In this document: piece after piece, positions 9,219 to 18,391 of the stretch
Position numbering within the stretch: the stretch's first letter is position 1
Layout of the letters: each line of letters starts with the position of its first letter
Origin: an uncultured Lachnospiraceae bacterium
Lineage (GTDB): Bacteria > Bacillota > Clostridia > Lachnospirales > Lachnospiraceae
Reading direction: 5' to 3'
Length of the DNA stretch: 49,930 nt
Assembly: GCA_905235585.1 (NCBI GenBank)
Contig: CAJOME010000001.1
Location: 1 to 49,930, forward strand
The notes under the pieces: generated by a model
Database searches by the model: none
Told to the model about the DNA's origin: nothing
What the model saw: the letters and a program-made list of their open reading frames with translations, nothing else
Translations under genes and position numbers: made by a program

Positions 9219-11543
9219 ATGGCAGTACTTCCCATATATAATATTCTGGCATTACCGGATTGCAATATATATTTCAAGAAAGACTTTTACAGTAAGTTCG
9301 TCGGCAGAGACCCACAGGTAGATGACAGAGTAACCCTTATAGTGCAAAGGGATAATATAACAAAAGAGGATTTTGAAAGTGATTCATTCTATCCGGTCGG
9401 CTTAACGGGCATAGTTACCGAGGTCAGCAGCAACGGATACTTCATAGTCCATACAAGAGCCAGGGTTAATATCGATGAGGTCACGGTATATCACGACAAA
9501 TCTATAGATATCAACATTTCAAAGCGTTTGGATGTCGATGATGGGGATAAAGATGCCCTGTCAAAAAAAATAAAAGAGCTGAAAGCCTCTTTGTCACAGT
9601 ATGCCGAGAATTTCCGATGGGCGGCAGCAACAAGAGCCTATATAGCACAGTGGACGAGCCTGGCAGAGATAGCTACGGCCATGAGTCCCTGGATCATGAA
9701 TTCAAACGAAGAAAGATACGCGATACTGGCAGAGGACTCTGCCGCAAAGCGCAATGAGATGCTTGAAAAGCTTATCTATGAAAATCTTGAGATGACCCGC
9801 ATAGACAACGAGGCAAAGAATGCACAGGAAGCGGATTATCAAAAGATATACAGAGAGAGCGCGATAAAAAAACAGATGGAGTATCTTCAGAAGGAGCTCG
9901 ATGAGATGCATCCCGAAGAGGTCTCGGATATCAGGCGCCTGGAGATACGTCTTAACGAGTCCGAGATGAATGAGACAGCGCGAAAGGAAGCGACCAAGCT
10001 CCTGAACAGGCTGAAGCAGGAGGGACAGGCATCGCAGGAAGCAGGTATGCTGCTTGATTATCTTGATTTCCTTGTGGGACTGCCTTGGAAGAAACAGAAG
10101 TTCAGGAAGATATCACTGGATGATGCGAGGAAGATACTGGACAGGGATCATTACGGTCTGGCAAAGACAAAAAAGCGTATCATAGAGCAGATCGCGGTAA
10201 TGAATCTCAAAAAGCAGCAGTCAGGGTCTATCATATGCTTTGTGGGAGCCCCCGGTACCGGCAAGACATCAATAGCCGCATCCATAGCAAAGGCTCTTAA
10301 AAGGGAATATATCAGGGTATCGCTCGGCGGTGTGAGGGATGAGGCGGACATCAGAGGCCACAGGCGCACATATATCGGCTCCATGCCGGGACGGATCATG
10401 GACGGCATAAGTAAATCCGGAGTATCCAATCCGGTCATGGTACTTGACGAGATCGACAAGCTGTCAGTGAGCTACAACGGAGATCCGGCAGCAGCTCTGC
10501 TTGAGGTACTGGATCCGGAGCAAAACAATACCTTTACCGACCATTACCTGAACGTACCGTATGATCTGTCGGACGTACTCTTCATCTGTACGGCAAACAG
10601 CCTCGATACCATACCTGAGCCCCTGCTCAACCGTATGGAGGTCATACAGTTCAACGGATATACGCCGATAGAGAAGTATCATATAGCAAGGAAGCATCTG
10701 ATACCCAAGGCGATGAAGGAAGTGGGTATAAAGACCAGAAACCTTGATATATCGGATGAAGCACTGGATGCGATCATATCCGACTACACAAGGGAGGCCG
10801 GTGTCAGAGGGCTTAAGAAAAGGATAGATACGCTGTGTCGTTCTGTTGCCGTTAAGATAGTCGAAGGAAACGGCAAGAGCCTGAAGGTAGGCAGGGAAAG
10901 CCTGAGAGAGCTGCTTGATATGACACCGATCCCTCATGATATAGTGGATCGGAAGACAGCACCCGGTGTAGTGACCGGTCTGGCATGGACTCAGACCGGC
11001 GGAGAGGTGCTATTCGTGGAGACCCTTCTTACCAAAGGTAAAGGAAATATCATCATCACCGGACAGCTGGGGGATGTGATGAAGGAGTCAGCGCAGATAG
11101 CACTCTCTTTGGTAAAATCCATGTATCCGACAAAGGCTGCGGTGTTTGAAAAGAGTGATCTGCATATCCATGTGCCGGACGGTGCCACACCGAAGGACGG
11201 TCCGTCTGCCGGTATCACACTGACTACGGCACTCTCATCTCTTGTAACGGAGCATTCTGTAGATCCGCATATCTGTATGACGGGCGAGGTCTCTCTTGAG
11301 GGAAAGGTGAAGCCTATAGGAGGACTGCCTGAGAAGCTCATGGCAGCACACCGGGCAGGCTGTACGAACGCATTTATTCCAAAGGATAATGAAGGAGATC
11401 TGAAGGATGTGGCAGCAGAGGTCAAAGAGGCGCTCACCATAATACCGGTCGATTCGGTAAAAGATGTATTAAAGCTTGCCGGTATCAAAGCTCCGCGGAC
11501 GAGGGGAAAGGCATCCTCAGGATCAGGCAGGACGCGAAGATAA
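9219..11543 (+). CDS. lon: ATP-dependent Lon protease
   Basis: Walker A GAPGTGKTS, RGHRRTYIG, LDEIDK, catalytic PKDGPSAG Ser and downstream Lys. Confidence 0.95.
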   Translation: MAVLPIYNILALPDCNIYFKKDFYSKFVGRDPQVDDRVTLIVQRDNITKEDFESDSFYPVGLTGIVTEVSSNGYFIVHTRARVNIDEVTVYHDKSIDINISKRLDVDDGDKDALSKKIKELKASLSQYAENFRWAAATRAYIAQWTSLAEIATAMSPWIMNSNEERYAILAEDSAAKRNEMLEKLIYENLEMTRIDNEAKNAQEADYQKIYRESAIKKQMEYLQKELDEMHPEEVSDIRRLEIRLNESEMNETARKEATKLLNRLKQEGQASQEAGMLLDYLDFLVGLPWKKQKFRKISLDDARKILDRDHYGLAKTKKRIIEQIAVMNLKKQQSGSIICFVGAPGTGKTSIAASIAKALKREYIRVSLGGVRDEADIRGHRRTYIGSMPGRIMDGISKSGVSNPVMVLDEIDKLSVSYNGDPAAALLEVLDPEQNNTFTDHYLNVPYDLSDVLFICTANSLDTIPEPLLNRMEVIQFNGYTPIEKYHIARKHLIPKAMKEVGIKTRNLDISDEALDAIISDYTREAGVRGLKKRIDTLCRSVAVKIVEGNGKSLKVGRESLRELLDMTPIPHDIVDRKTAPGVVTGLAWTQTGGEVLFVETLLTKGKGNIIITGQLGDVMKESAQIALSLVKSMYPTKAAVFEKSDLHIHVPDGATPKDGPSAGITLTTALSSLVTEHSVDPHICMTGEVSLEGKVKPIGGLPEKLMAAHRAGCTNAFIPKDNEGDLKDVAAEVKEALTIIPVDSVKDVLKLAGIKAPRTRGKASSGSGRTRR

Positions 11544-11550
11544 ACAGATA

Positions 11551-11582
11551 AAACGGGCAGAGGATTTTCCCTCTGCCCGTTT
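11551..11582. terminator. Bidirectional terminator between lon and tRNA-Val
   Basis: AAACGGGCAGAGG-ATTTTC-CCTCTGCCCGTTT. Confidence 0.8.
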
Positions 11583-11587
11583 CGCGA

Positions 11588-11661
11588 TGGGACCGTGCGG
11601 GCTCGAACCGCAGACCTTCTGCACGTCAAGCAGACGCTCATCCCAGCTGAGCTACGATCCC
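11588..11661 (-). tRNA. tRNA-Val (GAC)
   Basis: Reverse complement GGGATCGTAGCTCAGCTGGGATGAGCG-TCTGC-TTGACGT-GCAGA-AGGTCTGCGGTTCGAGCCCGCACGGTCCCA folds as a cloverleaf. Confidence 0.92.
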
Positions 11662-11752
11662 TCAACAAAAGCAAGATATTATAATTGGCAAAGCCCGTTA
11701 CTATCGCAGCCCAAAGGGCTGTGAAAAGTAACGATAGAAGTATATCACATCA

Positions 11753-11778
11753 GGTTTGTACTTGCAATTATGTCCCCT
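11753..11778 (+). repeat. 26-bp direct repeat, left copy
   Basis: GGTTTGTACTTGCAATTATGTCCCCT; matches 15092-15117 with one mismatch. Confidence 0.85.
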
Positions 11779-11796
11779 GTCTACGGGTCTTTTTCT

Positions 11797-11826
11797 GTTG
11801 ACATTTAACGGTTAAATGTCTACGAT
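11797..11826 (+). promoter_or_regulatory. Sigma-A promoter with palindromic operator across the -35/spacer
   Basis: TTGACA (11798)-N17-TACGAT (11821); perfect IR GACATTTAAC-G-GTTAAATGTC at 11800-11820. Confidence 0.7.
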
Positions 11827-11846
11827 AAAACTGTGTTTTTGGGCAC

Positions 11847-11935
11847 GTAAATATTCATGACTTTCTGCGACTGCGTCTCAGAAAGTCTGCAGTCAAGCCA
11901 TTTAAATGCGACTTCGTCGCGGGCTTGCCTGCAGT
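11847..11935. repeat. Structured palindromic element in kinase leader (possible MITE remnant)
   Basis: Begins GTAAATATTCA (resembles the MITE TIR); stems GACTTTCTG...CAGAAAGTC and CTGCAG-T-CAAGCC...GGCTTG-C-CTGCAG containing GCGAC-TTC-GTCGC. Confidence 0.5.
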
Positions 11936-12032
11936 ATGTCCAATGCTTTGGCATGAAACCCGCATAAATGCGTGTTTCTGATTGCAGGTCGCAAAAATAT
12001 ATACAACAGCGCATAAGAAGGACGGCGGAATT

Positions 12033-14825
12033 ATGTTGGATTTTAAGACAGATTTCTACGAAAAGCTTTTCAAATCCCTCGATAATAATGCAGCTTTGAT
12101 GCAGGTTGAGGAGGACGGTACCCATTTTCCTGTCTGGTGCTCAAAAGAGTTTTCAGTGATGATCGAGGGCAGCGAGGAGGAATTTATAGAGGCAGAGTCG
12201 GACGGCAGAATGCACACGATCCATCCCGACGACCATGAGGCAGTAGATTATCTATTTACACATCATTCGACAAAGGATAATACCAACAGTCTGACCATCC
12301 GAAAATATACGCTGAAGGGAAAGCTGCTTTGGGTCAATGTTCATTATGCTTTCGTGGAAAATGAGGGCATACTCTATGCCTACTGTAACTATACCGATGT
12401 AACCGAGATCAAGGAAAGTCAGGCACAGGCTGAAAGGATGTATGAAAGTACTGTTGCCGATCTGGAGAGCCTTTCTCGCGGTGCGCTGACATTTTTGCGG
12501 GTTGATCTGACCACCGATGTAATGGAGGATATACGCGGTTCGGATGCATTTGCATTTGACCCGACGCCCGGTGCCGACCATCTTGCGGAGTGGAACCGCT
12601 TTTTCCCGCTGGAGGCCGATCAAAAGAGATTTGAAGAGAAGTTTTCCGCACCTGCCCTTATCAAGACCTTTGAAGAGGGAACGACCTATTTGAGTGATGT
12701 TTTCTACACCCGCAGGCAGAGCGGTCGAAAGTGCTTTGTGAAGGTGACGGAAAATATCAGGAGGGAACCCAGAACAGGCGATATTGTCTCCTTTTTTACA
12801 GAGTATGATTATACCGAGGAAATGGTGGATCAGGTGATCAAAAACAAGGCACTGGTAGAACAGTACGATATGATCACCTACATCATAGACGGTGAATATG
12901 GTGTGTTGATCGGTGATGCTGAGCACATACAGAAGGGCAGTATTTTTCCAAAGACGAAAACCGGGAATTACAGCACCTATATTAATGAGCAGGTTATCCC
13001 CGTGCTTTCCGGCAGCGACGATAAAAAGACTGAAATGGCAGAAGCACTTCAGCCGACAACCGTTACGAATAAACTCAGCGAAAGCGATTATTACGAGGCA
13101 AACATTGTCTGCGAGATCGAAGGAGAAATCTATCACAAGAGGTTTATCTTTTATGTAGTAAACCGGGATGCCAAATTCTATGTTCTCTTAAAGTCGGACG
13201 TGACAGATGTTATCAGGGAGCAGCAGGAGAGAAACGAGATTCTTCGCTTTGCACTGCAGGAGGCTGAGCAGGCAAATGCCGCCAAAACGTCCTTCCTGTC
13301 GGGTATGAGCCATGAGATCCGCACGCCGATGAATGCGATCATCGGTCTGAACAGCATTGCGCTGAAGGATCCCGACCTTCCGGATTCTACCAGAGATTAT
13401 CTGGAAAAGATCGGAGGAAGCGCCAGACATTTGCTGGGACTCATCAATGACATCCTGGATATGAGCCGTATCGAAAGCGGTCGAATGGTCATAAAGCATG
13501 AGGAGTTTTCCTTCCGGGAGATGCTGGAACAGATCAACACTATGATCCACGGGCAGTGCGAGGACAAGGGGCTGAGCTACGAATGCCGGGTACTCAGTCC
13601 TGTGAACGACTATTATATCGGCGATGATATGAAGCTGAAGCAGGTCATCATAAACATCCTCGGAAATGCCGTAAAGTTTACGCCGAAAAACGGAGAGGTA
13701 TTCTTCACAGTGGAACGCACTGCACAGTTCAGTGGAAAATCAACCCTCCGCTTTACAATGAAGGACACCGGCATAGGTATGGAAAAAAGCTATCTGCCAA
13801 AGATTTTTGAGCCGTTCAGTCAGGAGAATGAAAATGCCGCAAATAAGTACGGCAGCACAGGTCTCGGGATGGCAATAACGAAAAATATCGTGGAGATGAT
13901 GAATGGCAGAATTGAGGTTGACAGCGAAAAGGGCGTGGGATCTACTTTTACTGTGACGGTGACCTTAGGTGACAGTGATCGGAAGGATATCGGAAGCTCC
14001 GACATGGATTTGAGACTGCAGGATATGAATGCGCTGATCATTGACGACGATCATATTGCCGGTGAGCATGCAAGGCTGATTTTAGGCGAGGTTGGTATCC
14101 ATGCGGATCTGTGCTTTAGCGGCGAGGAGGCATTGAAGCAGATTGAGCTTTGTCATGCAAGACAGGAGTCCTATGATCTGATCCTTGTGGATTGGAAGAT
14201 GCCGGAACAGGACGGCGTGGAGGTGACGAGAAGGATTCGCCGGCGTTACAATGATGAGGCTACGATCATAATCTTGACTGCTTATAATTGGGAAAGTGTG
14301 AGTGAGGAAGCATTGGCGGCAGGGGTGGATAGCTTTATGGCAAAGCCGCTGTTTGCATCCACTGTACTTCCCAGCTTACGTCAGGTGATCTCTCGCAAGC
14401 GGGAGGCGAAACATGAGGTGCATAAGGCAGATCTTAAGGGATGCCGCATCCTTTTGGCAGAGGATGTATTTATCAACGCAGAGATCATGAAAAAAATTCT
14501 GGAGATGAGGGATATGACCGTAGACCATGCGGAAAACGGGCAGATAGTGGTCGATATGTTTAAAAACAGCGAGCTGAATTATTATGATGCGGTGCTGATG
14601 GATGTGCGGATGCCGGAAAAGAACGGGCTGGAGGCTACTGTCGAGATCCGTGCCCTGAAACGCGCGGATGCTGCAACCGTACCGATCATAGCGATGACTG
14701 CAAATGCCTTTGACGAGGATGTGGAGAGATCCCTGCAGGCCGGCATGAGCGCGCATCTGAGCAAACCGGTCGAACCCGACCGGCTGTACGAAACGCTGGA
14801 AAGTCTGATTACGATAAGGAGTTGA
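12033..14825 (+). CDS. Cytoplasmic hybrid sensor histidine kinase (PAS-like, HisKA, HATPase, two receiver domains)
   Basis: SHEIRTPMNAI H-box, NILGNAVKFT, DTGIGM, GSTGLGM; receivers LILVDWKMP and AVLMDVRMP; no clear TM segment. Confidence 0.9.
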   Translation: MLDFKTDFYEKLFKSLDNNAALMQVEEDGTHFPVWCSKEFSVMIEGSEEEFIEAESDGRMHTIHPDDHEAVDYLFTHHSTKDNTNSLTIRKYTLKGKLLWVNVHYAFVENEGILYAYCNYTDVTEIKESQAQAERMYESTVADLESLSRGALTFLRVDLTTDVMEDIRGSDAFAFDPTPGADHLAEWNRFFPLEADQKRFEEKFSAPALIKTFEEGTTYLSDVFYTRRQSGRKCFVKVTENIRREPRTGDIVSFFTEYDYTEEMVDQVIKNKALVEQYDMITYIIDGEYGVLIGDAEHIQKGSIFPKTKTGNYSTYINEQVIPVLSGSDDKKTEMAEALQPTTVTNKLSESDYYEANIVCEIEGEIYHKRFIFYVVNRDAKFYVLLKSDVTDVIREQQERNEILRFALQEAEQANAAKTSFLSGMSHEIRTPMNAIIGLNSIALKDPDLPDSTRDYLEKIGGSARHLLGLINDILDMSRIESGRMVIKHEEFSFREMLEQINTMIHGQCEDKGLSYECRVLSPVNDYYIGDDMKLKQVIINILGNAVKFTPKNGEVFFTVERTAQFSGKSTLRFTMKDTGIGMEKSYLPKIFEPFSQENENAANKYGSTGLGMAITKNIVEMMNGRIEVDSEKGVGSTFTVTVTLGDSDRKDIGSSDMDLRLQDMNALIIDDDHIAGEHARLILGEVGIHADLCFSGEEALKQIELCHARQESYDLILVDWKMPEQDGVEVTRRIRRRYNDEATIIILTAYNWESVSEEALAAGVDSFMAKPLFASTVLPSLRQVISRKREAKHEVHKADLKGCRILLAEDVFINAEIMKKILEMRDMTVDHAENGQIVVDMFKNSELNYYDAVLMDVRMPEKNGLEATVEIRALKRADAATVPIIAMTANAFDEDVERSLQAGMSAHLSKPVEPDRLYETLESLITIRS

Positions 14826-14912
14826 CCGGATTTAGCACGAATTCCGGCAGTATCTGACCGATGCGCTTTCGAAATCGATTCGATATTCCTTGGGAGTCTG
14901 AGTATACTCGTG

Positions 14913-15057
14913 GTTACTGTTCAGACAGCTCTGCGCACTAGCTGCGCTGAGCGTGAAAAAGATTACAGAAGCCGATACAAGGATTTGCCCCTTGCCGTAG
15001 GCAATTTTCTTGGGCAAATCCGGTTGCTGTGAGCACCTGCAAGGTGTGAACAGTAAC
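14913..15057 (+). mobile_element. MITE-like element, copy 2 (145 bp)
   Basis: Same TIRs; flanks TACTCGTG / TACTCGCG (7/8 duplication). Confidence 0.9.
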
Positions 15058-15091
15058 TACTCGCGACCTTTGGCATATCGACATTATACCG

Positions 15092-15117
15092 GGTTTGTAC
15101 TTGCAATTATGTTCCCT
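15092..15117 (+). repeat. 26-bp direct repeat, right copy (contains the tRNA-Gln -35)
   Basis: GGTTTGTACTTGCAATTATGTTCCCT. Confidence 0.85.
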
Positions 15118-15129
15118 AATGTGTATAAT
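15101..15129 (+). promoter_or_regulatory. Sigma-A promoter of tRNA-Gln
   Basis: TTGCAA-N17-TATAAT. Confidence 0.75.
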
Positions 15130-15149
15130 AGCTTTCGGTTTTAAGGTAT

Positions 15150-15222
15150 TGGGCTGTCGCCAAGCGGTAAGGCAACGGACTCTGACTCCGTCACTTCGAA
15201 GGTTCGAATCCTTCCAGCCCAG
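15150..15222 (+). tRNA. tRNA-Gln (CTG)
   Basis: TGGGCTGTCGCCAAGCGGTAAGGCA-ACGGA-CTCTGAC-TCCGT...GGTTCGAATCC...CAGCCCAG cloverleaf. Confidence 0.93.
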
Positions 15223-15313
15223 TGAAGTGCTGGTAAACAGCAAAGGATCTCCCGACATAAATACGGGGGATTTTTGTTTTTGTACGGATTCGTTATAAGG
15301 AGGTAAATGAAGC

Positions 15314-16594
15314 ATGAAAATAAAGGCTTTTGCGGCGATACTTATCACGGCGGCGATCACAGTTACTGCCTGCGGTGAAGTAAAAGAAGCGGAGCGTCCT
15401 GACGCTGCGGAAACAGCTGCATCCGAGACGGGTGAGACTGCGGATTCGGAAACTGCAGATGACAGCGAGCCTAAAGCAGCTGATGAAGGTAAAGACATCC
15501 CGGTACAGGAGGATGAGGTCGCTGAAAAGGATACAGCTTCGGTATATCCCGACGAAAAGTACGCTGAAGAGACAGATAAGGCTCTTTCTTCGGCAGACTA
15601 CACCAGAACCCGTGCTGCGGACAAAGACAGCGGAGATATAGTCGACACCTCCGTTTACAAGAATGCAGACGGAAATATAGTAAAGGTAGTGATAGATGAT
15701 TACGGCTCGGACGGACTCATAAGTACTGAGTACTATTATAAAAGTGATGATGTTGTTTATATGAAACAGAATAAGACAGACATATACGGAACCGGGGCAT
15801 CCTATAACGATGTGGATCTGTCAGACCCGGAAGCTAACTACACGGAAAACCTCATCAAGCAGGCAGAAAAGGTGCTTACAGCTGCAAAGAAAGACAGCGG
15901 AAAGGTACTGCTTTACGGATATGTGGGAGATGAGCAGGGCGGAATTGTAAAAAACGCAAAAGTGAACCTGAGGAACGTGGCAGGAGATTTCAACGCGGAA
16001 GAGATTACCAATGGGGATGGATATTATACCTTTGAGCTTCCGCAGAATGAGGATACTTACTCTCTTAGATATACCTATGGCGATAATTTAGAGAGTAGTC
16101 TGAATGATGTACATATCATACCCGGTACACCCGAGTACTCTCTTGGAAAGGTGTACGTAGCTCCTGCCGGAGCCGTTATTCATGATACGGACACTTATCT
16201 GCTGAATGTTAACGTTAAAGCGCCGGTTAATCTTAAAGAAGACGAATATGCTGCTGTGATCATAGCGGAAGCACCTAATATAACGCTGAGACTTTTAAGT
16301 AAGGAAGACGGGGATGACAAAACCGGCAATACTATAGTCTTTGATCCGTCAGACAGCAAAGCAGGCTATGTGCTGTTTGTTGAAGACGGCACGAATATCG
16401 GAAAGGACGATATGTCCGGTAACCTGGGCAAGAGCAGTGCCATAGTCACGATCTTTGATAAGAACGGGATAAAAGCGGCCTATCTTGCTCCTGTGGGCAG
16501 ACTCGGCACCTTATGGAGAGTGTGTGATATCGACAGCAGCGGAAACATGGCTATGTCAGGTATCCTGTATACGGATACAAAAGACTGGAAATAA
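15314..16594 (+). CDS. Putative lipoprotein with acidic linker and carboxypeptidase-regulatory/Ig-like beta domain
   Basis: Signal peptide with lipobox-like ITVTAC; Ala/Glu/Asp-rich linker; GYVGDEQGG...AKVNL...TNGDGYYTF pattern. Confidence 0.6.
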   Translation: MKIKAFAAILITAAITVTACGEVKEAERPDAAETAASETGETADSETADDSEPKAADEGKDIPVQEDEVAEKDTASVYPDEKYAEETDKALSSADYTRTRAADKDSGDIVDTSVYKNADGNIVKVVIDDYGSDGLISTEYYYKSDDVVYMKQNKTDIYGTGASYNDVDLSDPEANYTENLIKQAEKVLTAAKKDSGKVLLYGYVGDEQGGIVKNAKVNLRNVAGDFNAEEITNGDGYYTFELPQNEDTYSLRYTYGDNLESSLNDVHIIPGTPEYSLGKVYVAPAGAVIHDTDTYLLNVNVKAPVNLKEDEYAAVIIAEAPNITLRLLSKEDGDDKTGNTIVFDPSDSKAGYVLFVEDGTNIGKDDMSGNLGKSSAIVTIFDKNGIKAAYLAPVGRLGTLWRVCDIDSSGNMAMSGILYTDTKDWK

Positions 16595-16615
16595 ACCCCG
16601 TAGCAGGATCACGTA

Positions 16616-17539
16616 TCAGAGATACAGCAGAGAAAGCAACGGCACCGTAATGACCGACATGATGGTAGTCATGGCGGTCATTTTATTGCAATAATTACCT
16701 TCGTGAGCGTACTGCTCGGCGATCATGCCGACAAGGGTGGCTATAGGCATGCTTATGACGAGACAGCATATCTTCACGATGTAGGGATCAAACGGCAGTA
16801 TACGCATTATCAGGATACATATGGCCGGGACTATGATCATGCGGAACAATGAGAAGAGGTAGATCTCCTTATCCGTAAATACGGTCTTGAGATCAAGCTG
16901 TGCCAGAGAGCCGCCGATAAGTATCATTGATAAAGGAATGCATGCATTACCCATATAGGAGCAGAAGCTCGCTGCGGTCGGAGGTATAGTCACGTTGGCA
17001 AAATACAGTATAAGAGCTATGACACTTGTCACGGTTCCGATGTTTATGACGGAACGGAGCGAAAAGTGTCCGCCCCCGGAAGAACCGCTTGTAGCTATAT
17101 ATATTCCGAGAGTGTATGCGATCAGATTAAAGAAAAGCATATAAAATATCAGATAGATCACATACCCGTCTCCTAAAAGAGCCTTTACCACTGGTACGCC
17201 GAAAAAACCGAGATTGGAAAAGATGAGCATCAGCTGCTTTAACTTGCGGTGTCCGACATCACCGCCTCTGAAAAAGAAATAAATATAGCTTATACCAATA
17301 AAAAGTACGTAGTAGATGACAGCGGAGAGCAGATTCTGAAGGCTGAGAGTGAGTCCTCCTGCGGGCTTATCTCCGGAGAGGGCCGAGAGCAGTAGGAAAG
17401 GATTTAAAAGCCCTACTATGAGCTTTGAGATCTGATGCTGGCCTACGTGATCAAATATACCGCGTTTGAAGACTATGTAGCCGGATACCATCATGGCAAA
17501 CAGCATCAGCATTTGCTTAAGCAGAAGCAGGGAATTCAT
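16616..17539 (-). CDS. AEC (auxin efflux carrier / malate permease) family transporter
   Basis: About 10 hydrophobic segments; SNLGFFGVP, PLSMILIG, SMPIA motifs; GGAGGT RBS before ATG 17539. Confidence 0.85.
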   Translation of the reverse strand: MNSLLLLKQMLMLFAMMVSGYIVFKRGIFDHVGQHQISKLIVGLLNPFLLLSALSGDKPAGGLTLSLQNLLSAVIYYVLFIGISYIYFFFRGGDVGHRKLKQLMLIFSNLGFFGVPVVKALLGDGYVIYLIFYMLFFNLIAYTLGIYIATSGSSGGGHFSLRSVINIGTVTSVIALILYFANVTIPPTAASFCSYMGNACIPLSMILIGGSLAQLDLKTVFTDKEIYLFSLFRMIIVPAICILIMRILPFDPYIVKICCLVISMPIATLVGMIAEQYAHEGNYCNKMTAMTTIMSVITVPLLSLLYL

Positions 17540-17553
17540 ATGGGACCTCCACA

Positions 17554-18303
17554 CTATTTAAAATAACTCAAAAGTATATTCCCAAATATCACCGGCTCAT
17601 CCGCAAAAGAAAAATGTCCGGCACCCTCTATGCGGGCGAGTCCGGCATCCGGCATTTTCTGTTCCATCATTTCACCGTCGGATATGGGTGTAGCGGTATC
17701 GGCTGTTCCCCAAATGAGCAGAGTCTCCTGCTTTACACCCGGAAGCAGTTCCGTGAGATCTTCATTTATTGCCTTCACCATACACTCCCTCATCAGCGGG
17801 GAAGCGGCACGGTAGTCGGCAGAGCCGTGGGTCTCTTTATAATGCTCGACCTGTTTTTCGGACATGAAATGCTTTGCAAGCTTAAACATTTGCTGCCTTC
17901 TCTTCGCCTTCCCGGAAAGCTCGTGGCGTATGCCGGCAGCGTCGATCAGAACAATCCGTTCAGTTATAAACGGCAGATCCGGGCGGTTCATCATCTTTAT
18001 GATGATGCGTCCTCCGAAGCTGTGTCCTATCAGAGTGAGCGACTGTATTTCCAGAGTCTTTATAAAGGAGATGGTAAAGTCTACAAAGCCGTCCAGATCC
18101 CAGGCCTCAGGAGGCTCCGGTGTGTCTCCGGTGAAACCCGGCATATCCAGAAGAATGACATGGTATTTATCGGAAAGAGTATCGGATACGATCCTGTATA
18201 GCGAAGCCTTTGCCATCCATCCGGGCAGCACCAGGACAGTAGGGGCATCCTTTGGACCGTATTCTTCAAAGTATGTGGAAATGCCGTTAACATCTGTTTT
18301 CAT
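17554..18303 (-). CDS. Alpha/beta hydrolase
   Basis: GHSFGG nucleophile elbow, DMPGF, WGTADTATP, GAGHF. Confidence 0.88.
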   Translation of the reverse strand: MKTDVNGISTYFEEYGPKDAPTVLVLPGWMAKASLYRIVSDTLSDKYHVILLDMPGFTGDTPEPPEAWDLDGFVDFTISFIKTLEIQSLTLIGHSFGGRIIIKMMNRPDLPFITERIVLIDAAGIRHELSGKAKRRQQMFKLAKHFMSEKQVEHYKETHGSADYRAASPLMRECMVKAINEDLTELLPGVKQETLLIWGTADTATPISDGEMMEQKMPDAGLARIEGAGHFSFADEPVIFGNILLSYFK

Positions 18304-18391
18304 AGCGCATTAAATATATCATACGGCATTGATTTATGCTATACTAATTGAGTTATTGCGCACATAAGCTTAACGTATGACGGAGAAAAGG

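Noticed and set aside
6919-13136. Long antisense ORFs (6919-7662, 8098-8712, 12252-13136; likewise 32899-33693 and 33798-34640)
   Set aside because: They are shadows of well-supported plus-strand genes and have no recognisable motifs.
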